From: Squalus acanthias
Lineage: Eukaryota
Reading direction: 5' to 3'
Assembly (NCBI GenBank): GCA_030390025.1
Contig: CM059438.1
Location: forward strand, 35,774,001 to 35,838,000
Length of the DNA stretch: 64,000 nucleotides
Shown here: positions 11,227-23,817 of the stretch, in pieces
Layout of the letters: the number at the start of each line of letters is the position of its first letter
Position numbering within the stretch: position 1 is the first letter of the stretch
Notes under the pieces: generated by a model
Told to the model about the DNA's origin: nothing
The model's input: only the letters and a program-made list of their open reading frames with translations
Database searches by the model: none
Made by a program: the position numbers and the translations under genes

Positions 11227-11295
11227 ATACTGAAGCTAATTTTCCCATCAAGGTTGCAATTCCTTGAGGGAAAAAAAAAGTGTTTTGGAAAATAC

Positions 11296-11461
11296 CTTTT
11301 GATTGCATTCCACCAGTCTGCTTTGCAGCATATGGATCGATCCGATATTCTTGCAGAGAATGAATTGTACACTGTCCGACGACCGGCTTACGCCCAAACG
11401 GCCTGTGGTCAATGATCTTTATGACAATAGGAGGGGTGTACATTTCTTCTTTTGGAAGAAG
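11296..11461 (-). CDS. MYOF: MYOF exon ~37: [55 protein letters not shown]
   Basis: 166 nt, phase 0-1, GT-AG. Confidence 0.95.
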
Positions 11462-12663
11462 CTAGAACCAAGATCAGAAATAACAAGAGTATAGATAGTT
11501 TTCCAGGTCCATCCAGTTACATAAATTTTCATTCATTAATACGGTCACTTGCTACAGCCCAAATTTACTGACATTGACCATTTTCAAGCACCAGATTGAA
11601 AATTATGTTCAAAGTAAATTTTGATGGTAAATTACCTTTCCTAGGCCTTCAGTGACATCTTACCTGCAGAACACTTGTGCAGATTGGTGATCAATTTCAT
11701 CTTTTGAAATCTTCACGGATTTCCAAATCTCATCCCCACCCCCACCCCAGAATAAAAACCACCAGTTAAATAGATTGTGAATTATTTAACCCCCTTCCTG
11801 TTCTGTGTGGTAAACAACTATCACATTTATGAGATTCGAGATTTTAAACATTTCTCTTGAACCTTTCTAAACAATTAGAATTCCCAAGTTACTATGCCCA
11901 GCAAGCTAAATCGAGGAAAAGACCCTTTGTTTAAAGCTTGGATAGGGTGTGACATTCCTTGATCAGTTTAGTGAAAAAGTCAATCATTTTGTACCCATTT
12001 CAATAGTCTTGTTAAAAATGATCAAAAGTAGAAATTTTACCTCAATGGTTTTCAGCTGCCTCCCAAGAAGTACATTACCCAGGGGTATACTGGACATATG
12101 GCTAGAGACAGGTATTCTTGCAATGCCTAGTAACAGGTTAATCTTGCCAGAGTATATTTTATTATAACTAATAAAAAAGGCTCAAGTGCTGTCCATAGAA
12201 ACTGTTTTGTTGAACACTTAAAATATTAAAGTTGTGCTCATCGCATCATTTATGCCAAGTTTATACTGCACAAAATTACACCCATTGACATTAGATGTCG
12301 TTTTATTAGTGGCATACTGACAAATATGATAGTGGAAACCCCAAGCTTAAACCATTATAGAGTTAGCCTATTCCAGCTTGTGCATAGAACTGTGCCAGTG
12401 TGAAGTCCAAATCATTGAGAGTTTTGTGCTCATTCTAGAACGATGCAGGAGAAGTAGTGCAATCTATTGTAATTTTATATACAGGTGACAGTGCATCAAT
12501 ATTCTAATTAAATATTTCACAAATCTTATTGCGTTACCGGAATTCAGTTGGTCCACTATTCCTTTGCATTACATGCAGTAAAAAAGTCAAACAGTACCAA
12601 TTCAACTATTTAAGGGGGATCTACTGCATGGTGTCCTTGGTGATTTAGTATTCAAATACATAC

Positions 12664-12825
12664 CACTTTCATAAAGAGAACAGAGCTGGGAAAGTTTGGA
12701 CATTTCTTAAGACTCTTGATCACGGCTGATTCTAAATACTCGCCACCGCATTCCACAATGAGACTCGGGGAAGCAACAGCAGCCAGCTGGTAGCTCTTCA
12801 TGTTCCGCAATCCCCATGTTAGGAT
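12664..12825 (-). CDS. MYOF: MYOF exon ~36: [14 protein letters not shown]...[13 protein letters not shown]
   Basis: 162 nt, phase 0-0, GT-AG. Confidence 0.96.
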
Positions 12826-12961
12826 CTGTAACAACACTTCAGTTAAATAATCTGTTCAACACTTCAATTAGTGAACCCATTCGCTCAGCCTTTAGTTTGA
12901 ATGAGATGGTCTAACTAGTTATTTCAACAAATAGTCTACAAAATATAAACTTAAAACTAAT

Positions 12962-13663
12962 GGCCTGGATTTTGCTGCATTAATTTTATTACTGGGTAAA
13001 ACTGACAGCAACTTCCCATACATGTGCAGTTAAATGTGCAAATCCGGAAGTTCCAGTCAGTGATATCCTCCACAGGCTGTGCTGTTGCAGTCTTCATCGA
13101 TGGAATCTGCAGAGATCACCGTCACACCGTGAAATTGGGCAAATTACCCACTATTCTCACTTTAAAAACTACTGAAAAAGTTTGAAGCAGCCCCATCAGG
13201 AGTTACTGACTTTTTAAATGGCATAGTAAGTGATAATTACTGCTGAACAACCTCCGACAAGTGTGGCGTCTTCTACAAAGAAAATTAATGTTGGAGTTTT
13301 TTAAAATTTAATTTTAATATAGTTTTCTGGTTTTGCCCTCATGTATTTCCTTTAATCCCATGTGTATGTCCCAGTCTTTATTTTGTTTCCTGTGCAATGA
13401 TTTAAATGTAATTTATATTTTGTGTTTTTTAGTTCCTGCTTTGCTGTCTGCGTGCGTCAGTGAGGATTCTTCAATTCGATTGGTTGAACAGTTTCCCTGC
13501 TGCTTGTCCTGCTCACAGACCCCCTTGTAGAGGGCGATGAATTCAAATGGATGCCAGAAGAGAGGAAGTCTCCGCTGACCAAGGCCGCTAAAAGTCTGTG
13601 GGCAACTGTACGTGAGGTGAATGGTGGAAGCCATTCCTTTGCCGCTCACAGCAAAATCCGGGC
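12962..13663. mobile_element. About 700-bp MITE with terminal inverted repeats (PIF/Harbinger-like)
   Basis: Ends ggcctggattttgctg / cagcaaaatccgggc, flanked by aat on both sides (possible 3-bp TSD). Confidence 0.65.
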
Positions 13664-14027
13664 AATTGCCAATTTAGTAACAGAAAAAATTCTGTACATC
13701 AAAACACAATGATTAGTGAAATGTGTCCAGAAATGATTTCTGAACATTTGGAAATTTAAACACATCTCCTTTCGAGCAGCAAATGAACAATGTTGGCACA
13801 TATGAAAACTGTTCCAATACTTACAAAATTTTACATTGAATTAATCGCTGCCAATTTTGTCTCTAAAGTAGCAAGAGGTTCTGGACTTGAGTAGTACAAT
13901 ATTAAAAGATAAATGAAATATGCATTAGCAGCACATTAGTAAAATTAACAGTGACTTGTGCCTCTTGAAAAACCAAGCAAACACACCAATGCAGAGTAAA
14001 AAATGATACAGGAGAAATGAGACTCAC

Positions 14028-14129
14028 CTCAATTGCAGTAAGCTGCACTACTGGTCTGATGCCATGTGGCACCATGTACAGTACACCTGACCGGATTGGA
14101 GGAAGAATTGGCAAATTAGACCCATCAGG
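14028..14129 (-). CDS. MYOF: MYOF exon ~35: PDGSNLPILPPIRSGVLYMVPHGIRPVVQLTAIE
   Basis: 102 nt, phase 0-0, GT-AG. Confidence 0.96.
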
Positions 14130-14415
14130 CTGTTGGAATGAAAGAAAAAAAGTTCACAAAAAGTACAAACAGTACTATTAGAGTAAAAGAATTGCAGTGT
14201 TTAAGATTGCAGCTTTTAAAAATCATTTTGCCATAACAACAGTCATCAGATTATTTTAAAAACCAGTAATTCTCAGATTGAGGCCAAGAAAACAGGGCTG
14301 GGCGTAGAGACCCAAGAGCTGTGGGGCGGGGGCTGGGGGGAGGCCTGCTGAGGAAGGCAAGGAGCGAACAGCAGATAAGGACCGAAGCCAGTCAGGAGAT
14401 CTGGGAGGGACGAAG

Positions 14416-14518
14416 GAGTTCTGACAAAGGGTCATCAACCTGAAACGTTAACTCTGTTTCTCGCTCTACAGATGCTGCCTGACCTGCTGAGTATTTCCAG
14501 CATTTTCTGTTTTTATTA
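14416..14518 (+). mobile_element. Penelope-type terminal repeat with degenerate minimal hammerhead
   Basis: GAGTT-CTGACAA-AGG(8 nt)CCT-GAAA-CG-TT-AACTC followed by cagatgctgcctgacctgctgag. Confidence 0.65.
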
Positions 14519-14946
14519 TAGGATACCTGGAGGCTTCAGCTTAGATGGTCGAGGGGCTGTGAGGGAAAAGGCCAGCAGGCCAGGTAGTGAAGGTATTCCT
14601 GAATCTGCCAACAGATTTTAGAATGGCAAGGTAGAAATTGCCTGTTACTTGTAACTTGGTGGGCCATTTGTGCAGATAGAAGGGGGGTGGGTGGAAATGG
14701 CCAGAAATTTCCCATGTACCTAATTACTGATCAAACAGTATAAACACAACCAGTCAAAGCTCAGACACAAGTTTGCAGATGAAAAACAAGATATAAATAG
14801 GTAAGCAATATTTCTAGCTCATGAACACTGCAAAGACAAAGCCACAGGATGTATTTATTTCATGTGCAAAACACATTACAATCAGAGCTGGAGAAAAATG
14901 TCATCTTATTTAGCAGCAAAGTGTAAAGATACTCCAATATATTTAC

Positions 14947-15105
14947 TTTATCTTTCAATATTAGTTCAGCAGCAACAAGAAGCTCCCCACATTTCTTTGT
15001 TCCATTCATTATTGGGTACCAGATGAGCCAGGGTGTCATATCTGTCTCTGGATTCAGCTTCACCATCGGAGGACAGGTACATCTGCCCAAAAATTCATCT
15101 TTTCC
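14947..15105 (-). CDS. MYOF: MYOF exon ~34: GKDEFLGRCTCPPMVKLNPE...ELLVAAELILKDK
   Basis: 159 nt, phase 0-0, GT-AG. Confidence 0.96.
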
Positions 15106-15136
15106 CTGGGCAAACAACAAGTTAACAAATTTAACA

Positions 15137-16531
15137 GAAACATAGAAGATAGGAGTAGGCCATTCGGCCCCTCGAGCCTGCTCCGCCATTTAATGAGATC
15201 ATGGCTGATCATCCAAATTCAGTACCCTGTCCCTGCTTTCTCCCCATATCCCTTTAGCCTCAAGAAATATATCTAACTCCTTCTTGAATACATTTAATGA
15301 ATTGGCCTCAACTGCCTTGTGTGGTAGAGAATTCTACAGGTTCACCACTCTCTGGGTGAAGAAATTCCTCCTCATCTCAGTCCTAAATGGCTTACCCCTT
15401 ATCCTTAGACTGTGACCCCTGGTTCTGGACTCCCCTGCTATCGGGAACAGCATTCCTGCATCTAGTCTGTCTAGTCCTGTTAGAATTTTATAAGTTTCAA
15501 TGAGAGCCCCTCTCATTCTTCTAAACTTTAGCAAATATAAGCCTAATCGACCCAATCGCTCCTTATACGTCATTCCTGCCATTCCAGGTATCAGTCTGGT
15601 GAATCTTCGCTGCACTCTCTCCATGGCAAGAACATCCTTCCTCAGATAAGGCGACCAAAACTGCACACAATACTCAAGGTGTGGTCTCACCAAGGCCCTG
15701 TACAACTGCAGCAAGACATCCTTGCTCCTGTACTCGAATCCTCTCACTATGAAGGCCAACATACCATTTGCCTTCTTAACCACCTGTTGCAGCTGCATGC
15801 TTACCTTCAGTGACTGGTGCACAAGGAAACCCAGGTCTCGTTGCACTTCCCCTTTTCCCAATCTATTGACGTTCAGATAATAATCTGTCTTCCTGTTTTT
15901 GCCACCAAAGTGGATAATCTCGCATTTATCCACATTATACTGCATCTGCCCAATCCCCCAATCTGTCCAAATCATACTGGAGTTTCTCTGCATCCTCCTC
16001 ACAGCACACACACACCCACCCAGCTTTGTGTCATCTGCAAACTTGGAGATATTACATCTAGTTCCCTCATATATAGTGCGGTCCGAGCACCGATCCCTGC
16101 GGTACCCCACTAGTCACTGTCTGCCACTCGGAATAATACCCGTTTATTCCAACTCTTTGCTTTCTGTCTGCCAACCAGTTTTCTATCCAAGTCAGTACCT
16201 TACCCCCATGTGCTTTAACTTTGCACGCTAATCTCTTATGCGGAACCTTATCGAAAGCCTTCTGAAAGTCCAAATACACCACATCCACTGGTTCTCCCTT
16301 ATCTATTCTACCAGTTACATCCTCAAAAAATTCCAGTAGATTAGTCAAGCATGATTCACCTTTTGTAAATCCATGTTGACTTTGTCCGATCCGGTCACCG
16401 TTTTCTAAGTGCTCTGCTATTACATCTTTTATAATGGACTCTAGCATTTTCCCCACTACCGATGTCAGGCTTACCGGTTTATAATTCCCCGTTTTCTCTC
16501 TACCACCTTTTTAAAGATAGTGGGGTTACAT
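15137..16531 (-). mobile_element. 5'-truncated CR1-like LINE (subfamily A)
   Basis: RT ORFs 16067-16456 and 15334-16110 (QHGF, LDFQKAFDKVPH, GVPQGSVLGP, KFADDTKL); same 3' tail as 5615-7934. Confidence 0.95.
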
Positions 16532-16599
16532 CTTCCACTTTTCCTCTATTGACAGGCAAAAACACAATGCAACAGAACCAAAATTAAAGTAACACGTAC

Positions 16600-16781
16600 A
16601 ACTTGGTCTTCATCATATATCTCAATCATCACATTCGGTGGATTTTTAATGATGTTTTCAGGGCTGCCGTAGATATCAATATCATTGAAAATAAGGGTCT
16701 GGTCCCAGGTTGGGTTCAGAGTGGATTTGATGACTTCGGTTGTCTTGCTTTGATAAAGAAATGAAACATGAGCGTATGGAT
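16600..16781 (-). CDS. MYOF: MYOF exon ~33: (D)PYAHVSFLYQSKTTEVIKSTLNPTWDQTLIF...EIYDEDQV
   Basis: 182 nt, phase 1-0, GT-AG; C2-domain LNPTWDQT motif. Confidence 0.96.
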
Positions 16782-17277
16782 CTGCAAAAAATGAGATAGT
16801 TTTTAAACCTGAAAAAGCAAAAACACTTTAGGGGAGATTGTGCAGTCCAGTACTCCGAGCAAAGACCAGTGCGCATGGGGATTGAAGTTTGGAAAACCGG
16901 GGAAGAGGTGCAGCCGGTGATAATTGTAATTGATTGATTGGAAAATCACAACCCGTATCTCCGTTGCTTCCCAAGCTGCATGCCCTTAGAGTGCTAGATT
17001 GAAGAATCACCCCTATTGATGAGAAGCCAACATAAAAGCTGAAGGTTTTATCATATTCCATTAAATGTAAAAGTGCAGGTGGAACTCATGCAATAGAATG
17101 ACTGGAATCAAAATGAACAGCTACACAATTGAATCGATTCAGATTTCAAAACAAGAGCAATCTTGAATGATTTACAGCTATATTAATTATGCCTGCAATT
17201 GTCTGGAGCTTATTGCTGACCTTTTATACAAATGCTACACCCCTTCATTCACTGCCCCCTCATTGGAAGGCTGCCGA

Positions 17278-17545
17278 TTGCAGTTGAAGCACAACAATTG
17301 GTCTCCACACCTCTGGGCTAGGAAGAGTGCAGGGCAAGGGAGAACAAAAAAAACCCAAGGCTCTCGGTCCTGATTGCTATCCAGTGACTCGTGTTACCAG
17401 GTGCCTTTGTGCAGAAATCGAGTGAGGACAGGGTCATGCTTGGCTGGGATATCCCCCTCGCCTCAGCGGTTAAAAGGCTTGCTGACAATTCACTGTCCCA
17501 GCTCACATGAAGAATGGTCACTTAGGCCAGATACCACACACCAGC
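17278..17545 (+). mobile_element. AmnSINE2-like SINE, internal part
   Basis: Motifs cctgattgctatccagtgac and cacatgaagaatggtcactt. Confidence 0.6.
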
Positions 17546-19666
17546 ACACGACAACCTGGAAAACCCAGAAACTGACAACGCAAAACAGTCCCGAGCATAA
17601 ATCTGCGACATTTCTTTACAGACTGTAGCGAGGCACAGGCTTGTCATAACTTCAGCTGCAGGTGTATGCAACACTCCACTTATGTTGTTGTGCAAGATTG
17701 AGAAAAATTCAAGGATTGTCTTGAAATGGTTTATATAGTTACTATAATGACAAGAGGCACCCTTCCTCACCACAGACTGGAATTCCCACCCACAGCGTGT
17801 GGTGACATTCAATCCTGGAGGAGCAACAGTAGGTGGGAGCCGGATGTGCTACTGGGGCCTTTCTTTTGTCAGCTGCCAACACAAACAAGCAGATACTGCC
17901 TGCAAACGTGACCATTTGGTGAAAGACAAACAGTTGATGTGTATCATGAGTTAACACCTTCAGGACAGGAGAAAGTTAGATGGACTGAGGGGAAAAAGGA
18001 GAGAATTTGCAATTGCTACTGATTTGTGCAATGTTTCTCCTCACAATACAGCCTTCCCTCAAAAATATCCCAAACTAATTTATAACAAAAGATCTACAGC
18101 TGGCTAGTAACGGTTGGCCTCCAGCATATACTGTCAAATACTTGAGGAAGTTCATGACTTAACTAACTACTCAGTACAGAGGGGCTGCAGCCCACTAAAC
18201 ACTGCAACTTTGTGTGACCAGGGTAGGCTAGAATTTCTACTTGTTGATATTTATGGTTGCTTCCATCTCATTGGACATTGAAGAGCCGACATCTTTGGGC
18301 TCTGGCATTATCTACAGCTCTTAATCACCCTTATCTGTACAGCAGGTACTTGCTGAACATGACTATTTCCTGTACAAGCTCTCACAACCCAGTTCCAGAA
18401 GTTATTGTTTAGGTCATCTGCAGGTCAGCCTTCAATAACCGACTACAGTTCAAGGCATTTAACTCTTCTTTTGCCAACCACTTTTTGATGCAGCAATTTT
18501 TTTTTTTCAAACAGGAAAATTTGAAAGTTTGAGCAATCCCATATTATAAATGCACCTAGCAAATGAAACTAACCACTGCCACACAATTGCCTAGAATTGA
18601 GAGTCAGAGCACAAACTGAAATTTACAGCAGTACTGCATTTGCATTGGACCCCAGAGAAATGCAACAACTTAGAGTTGCAACAGTGACACTTGAGCCTAG
18701 ATATTCAAAACCTAAAACATGAGCGATTTTTCTCCCAGGTGTCAGACAGTCGCAAGGTACCTGCTGCACCTCAGAGCAAACGTCTGCTCAATTTTCCTGG
18801 CTTAGGCCATTTGCATGGCACAGGTCTGCCCTTGGCTGCACCTTACGCTGGGATTGACTGGTTGAAACAGGAGCATAATTCTACACCCAAGAGCCCGGTC
18901 ACCAGCATCCGGGCCTATTAGAGCAGCAGCAGCCAGAAGGCCCAAAAATTGCACTGGGGATCCAAAAGTTAGTTACATTCTGTCTCCTTTTATCTTTGAG
19001 ATGCTGCAGGACACCCTGCAAACACCACTTCCTGCCTCATTAGCATCCTTACAGTGCCCCTATAGCAGGTTATTTTGCAAAACCCTAGAAATCCCAGGGT
19101 GATTTAGTGGAGGCATGGACCGGAGGCAACAAGTCTCTGTGCCCATGTCCTCCTCCCGGGACCTGGGAACTGAGGGCACCCCACACTCACGACATAAACT
19201 TTATAATAGTATTTGTAAAGATCTAGCTGCATGTTAAAAGAGAACAGGGAAACAATTTCACTGAGGATTTAAACAAAACAATTACTTTTAAAAAGATCCT
19301 GAACTGAAGGATTGGAGACAAGTGATCAAAAAGTGTGGCAGAGCTGTGGTTGAACTCCTGCACTTTCCATTTTGAACTGGAGGTTTTACTACAGTAGATC
19401 AGCTACTCCTTTCTGTAGAATTAATTCTCAGAATTTACTTCGGATTTACACATTAGTGGTAGCACATCACTACTGTGGGATAGGCCCACAGCCTTTGAAC
19501 AGGTGGAGCTATGAACAGAATACCCACAAAAGAGGACAGGGTCAAGTTTTTTTTTATATACATCCAAGATATTTTTATGATGTAGGGAGCTCAGATACAG
19601 AACATGACAATATTTCTAACAGTTTGTTAAATAAACTTTACTGGATGAAGCTTGATAAGCACATAC

Positions 19667-19744
19667 CTGAAAAGCTGTCTTTGTCCATAGCAACTATGGC
19701 TCTTGCTTGATAAATATAGCAACGGAGGTGATAGATTAAAGGCC
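19667..19744 (-). CDS. MYOF: MYOF exon ~32: (R)[25 protein letters not shown]
   Basis: 78 nt, phase 1-1, GT-AG. Confidence 0.95.
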
Positions 19745-20464
19745 CTGGAACAAAAACACCAGCATTACCAAAAGGGTGCTCTAGTCTAGATTACGCTCCC
19801 AAACAAAGTGTCAGTGTGAAGTGTTAATCCAGCGTGAAGGCCCAAACGGATTCTGAAGTGAAGCAGAACAAAAGCTCCGCCTCTGGAGAGCCCCACCCTG
19901 CTTTACGCCACTGTCTGGTCAAGCCCCAACTCCAGATTCAGCCAGCATTTACATTAAAACTAATACTGGTACAAAGTGAAGTTGCTTCACACCAGCACAA
20001 CAGTTATAGTCTGACTGCATGCCCCAGTTACAAATTAAACACACACACACACAAACTTCAGTAGCCATTGCCAAAACATTGACTCGATGCCTCTCTCCAT
20101 CATCAACATATGTATATAAATTGAAGAGCAAAAGTAAATGGGAATAGCCTAGTGCTTAAAATACACATTTTTATTCAATATCTACCAGGGTAAATACAGC
20201 AGCTTTAAAACATCATTACAAATTGGGGGAAAAAAAAACCAGGAAGACAGACAGATTTCTGGGCAATGGTGTAGTGGAGGGAGGGAAGGAGGCGGCGACG
20301 GGAGAAGCACAAAAAACCACAGTATTCAGAAGTTAGTGCAAGACATTAGTTTTGGTGAATAAGTTCACAGGAAGATCAGCCTTTACTCCTCCACACAGCT
20401 ATTGGTGGAAGATAGAGTCTATGGCATTGTGGCAGGATGTTCAGAACTGTAGGATTTTACTTAC

Positions 20465-20555
20465 GGTCAAACACACAGGAGATCATGGGGGCACTTGCTC
20501 CGAACACAGATTCTGTAGTTGGTGATTTATCACCATCCGCGCCAGAAGCTGGAGC
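20465..20555 (-). CDS. MYOF: MYOF exon ~31: APASGADGDKSPTTESVFGASAPMISCVFD
   Basis: 91 nt, phase 0-1, aag acceptor, gtaagt donor; matches recalled VFGANTPIVSCNFD. Confidence 0.9.
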
Positions 20556-21076
20556 CTTAAAAAAAGACAGAACAAGCCACGAAAGATATCTTTAGGGTCA
20601 TTTATTTTCCCCAGACAGCTCCACTCCATAGCCACATCACACAAAGGAAGTGAAATTTTCATGCCAAACTTTGATAGCATTACATAATGCAAAAGCAAAT
20701 ATACACCCACAAATCCTGGAATACACCAGTTACAACTTCAGTGAACATTGCAAAATGTTGTTTGTGCTGAAATGGCTGTGAAGCAACACAATAATCCTTG
20801 TTGCACAGCTCGCCAGATCCTTAGAAAGCTGAATAAAATTTTTTGTTTGGAATAAAGTATTACATCTGACACCACACGGAATAAACCAAGTACAGAAAAT
20901 TGCATTGATTTAAAAAATTGTACAAATTAACAGATTAGAACAGTTAACCTTTGTGAGGAGGACAGTTCCTGATCTAGTGCTACCCCATCCAGTAATTTAA
21001 CTAACTACAAGAATATGCAAATTTCACAGACAGAGAAGGTGTTACCTAGTTTTAAAAAAGAAATCCCAATACTTAC

Positions 21077-21250
21077 AAGAGCGCCTTCGAGTTTGAAGAC
21101 TGCTGCAGCCCCAAGTCGCCCAGATGGGGACATTTTCCTTCTCCATCTTCTGCGTCTGTAAGTATCTGAATTCCGCTGCTTTAAGTGAAAGTTCCAGCCA
21201 ATCAGAGATGCATATTCCCACCCTTCGGAACCCTGGTCAGGTGATTTGCT
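21077..21250 (-). CDS. MYOF: MYOF exon ~30 (outer DysF C-terminal part): [19 protein letters not shown]...RRRRWRRKM...KLEGAL
   Basis: 174 nt, phase 0-0, GT-AG. Confidence 0.95.
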
Positions 21251-21647
21251 CTGCAAGTTGGAAGCAAGTCAAAGCCAACAGAAAATGCAAAATATCAGCA
21301 ACAGATAGTGACGTTTTAGATCAACAATATTTGCACGGTGCCGATAATCTGATGTTATTTTAGGTTTCATCACTAGAATTAACTTGGTTTCCGCAGCTAA
21401 AAGCACACATCCAGTAACGTAACTAACTACATGAATATACAAGTTTCACAGACAGAGGATTCAGAGGGGAAAGCAATCCAAATATAAATCATGGAACAAA
21501 AATGGATTTTTAGGAGAAATATTTCTACAATCCAAGAGCTTTAGGATCACACCCAAACCCTTTCCGCACGATAGGTAGCTTTGACATCGCTCTACTGCTT
21601 GTTGCAACTTTCAAACAACACAGTTTCTACAGACTGTCAGAACACAC

Positions 21648-21790
21648 CTTTGATAGCCGTTCAGTTTGCTGACTGTCTCTTTTGCGCCGTCGCACCCAGC
21701 GCCTGCGCCTGTGGGTATGATACATTTTCTCTGTTGAGACCCAGGATTTGGGTCTGTCATCTGGGGGTATTGTTATTCCGTACTCCCAAC
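21648..21790 (-). CDS. MYOF: MYOF exon ~29 (inner DysF): (G)[16 protein letters not shown]...[21 protein letters not shown]
   Basis: 143 nt, phase 1-0, GT-AG. Confidence 0.96.
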
Positions 21791-22394
21791 CTGCAGTGTA
21801 TAGAAGGGACAAAAAACAAAAAAAATTGAAAAAAAGACAAAATGGATACAAGATTTTAAAACTCAACAACTTTGAAACAGTAGCAAGTTACAAAAGTCAC
21901 ACACAATTTGGAAAGCAGAGTTATTCCATCATGTTTGTCATGGTATTAGGAGGGTGAAGGCAACTCTGCAGATTGTGTCCCCCACCGTTTTCAGGCGAGT
22001 ATAACAAAATGTGATGTGAACTTAATTATGAATGGTGTAGGAGATAAAACCCAAAGGTTATTGATTTGTCACAGCATGACAGACCATGACATATCCTGTG
22101 ATTTGTTATCCAACTTGAGAAGCAATTTTTTTTTTTTTAAATTCCACTTTTCTGGAAATTAGAAAAATCTGCAATTTGGTTGTTAAATTGTACCTTTTAA
22201 AACAAGAGAAACAAACTTGAGTGGGGTTCTGTACTGTAACAGCTGCAGCCGTTAAGATAGAGTTTGGTTTGAGCTATGCCAGTGCTGGCAGCTCTGATGT
22301 GCGCAGCCAGTGGCAGCTCCGGAGTAAACTTGCAGGATTTGCTATCTGCTGGTGGTCTTTCTGGCCTTAGTGAATCTGGCAAGTTTCCTTTGGG

Positions 22395-22620
22395 ACAGTT
22401 TCCCTCCAAGTTACACACCATCCTGACTTAGAAATATATCGCCGAGCCTTCATCGTCACTGGGTCAAAATCCTGGAACTCCCTCCCTAACAGCACTGTGG
22501 GAGTACCTTCACCACATGGACTGCAGCGGTTCAAGAAGGCAACTCACCTTCTCAAGGTCAATTAGGGATGGGCAATAAATGCTGGCCTTGCCAGCGACGC
22601 CCACATCCCAGAAACAAATT
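22395..22620 (+). mobile_element. LINE 3' end fragment (third non-LTR family)
   Basis: gggtcaaaatcctggaactccct...gggatgggcaataaatgctggccttgccag; inverse copies at 38881-39440. Confidence 0.7.
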
Positions 22621-22627
22621 TTAAAAA

Positions 22628-23019
22628 AAGACTAGAGAAGCTGGGATTGTTCTCCTTGGAGCAGAGAAGGTTAAGGGGAGATTTAATAGAGCTATTCAAA
22701 TGTCTCCACTGGCAGGAGGGTCAGTAACCAGAGGATAAATTGACAAAAGAATCAGAGGAGAGATGAGAACTGGTTTTTAAAAAAAAAAAAGAAAACGCAG
22801 CAAGTTATGATCTGGAATGCACTGCCTGAAAGGGTGTTGGAAGCAGATTCAATAGTAACTTTCAAAAGGGAATTGGATAAATACTTGAAAAGGAAAAATC
22901 TGCAGAGCTACAGGGAAAGAGCGGGGTGGGGGGCCGGAATTAATTGGACAGCTCTTTCAAAGAGCTGGCACAGGCACAATGGGCTAAATAGCCTCCTTCA
23001 GTGCTGTACCATTCTATGA
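22628..23019 (+). mobile_element. CR1-like LINE 3' fragment (subfamily B)
   Basis: Encodes LEKLGLFSLEQRRLRGDL and WNALPERV...FKRELDKYL. Confidence 0.85.
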
Positions 23020-23260
23020 AGCGCATGAGACAAGCCTGTGGCACTAGCAGGTCAACAAATATAAAAGCTACTGCCAGTGTGCCACACAGCCCTCACGGAT
23101 ACATTACAGTACTGCCAACGCACTACAGTTGATCCCACTTAAATATTTCTACCATTTAATAAAAACCATGATTCACAACCAAAATAGTGTTGAGTAGCAG
23201 TAGGTTAAAACAAATCCCACCAGAATTGTTGCATTAGCTCCCTTCAAGAAAAAGGATGTT

Positions 23261-23733
23261 ATTCACCAGGCTGATACCTGGGATGGCAGGAATGACGTAT
23301 GAGGAGAGATTGGGTCGATTGGGCTTATACTCGCTGGAGTTTAGAAGAATGAGGGGGGATCTCATTGAAACTTATAAAATTCTGAAAGGACTGGACAGAC
23401 TAGATGCAGGAAGGATGTTCCCGATGGTCGGGGAGTCCAGAACCAGGGGTCACAGTGTAAGGATAAGGGGTAAGCTATTTAGGACAGAAATGGAGGAATT
23501 TCTTCACCCAGAGAGTGGTGAACCTGTGGAATTCTCTGCCACAGAAGGCAGTAGAGGCCAATTCATTAAATATATTCAAGAAGGAGTTGGATATATTTCT
23601 TAAGGCTAAAGGGATCAAGGGATATGGGGAGAAAGCAGGGACAGGGTTCTGAATTTGGATGATCAGCCATGATCGCATTGATTGGCAGAGCAGGCTAGAG
23701 GGGCCGAATGGCCTACTCCTATGTTTCTATGTT
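23261..23733 (+). mobile_element. CR1-like LINE 3' fragment (subfamily A)
   Basis: FTRLIPGMAGMTYEERLGRLGLYSLEFRRMRGDLIE, nearly the same as the 15137-15600 copy. Confidence 0.92.
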
Positions 23734-23817
23734 ATTCAACAGCACTTTCTTGAATTCAGTTCGGTTCTGTAATTTTTGGGTAAATTTCCCCCATGACAAA
23801 TCATTAGAGTTAGGTAT

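Noticed and set aside
14860-15189. 109-aa ORF suggesting a CR1-MYOF fusion protein
   Set aside because: It is exon ~34 read through into flanking intron and the CR1 3' UTR; canonical splice sites delimit the real exon.
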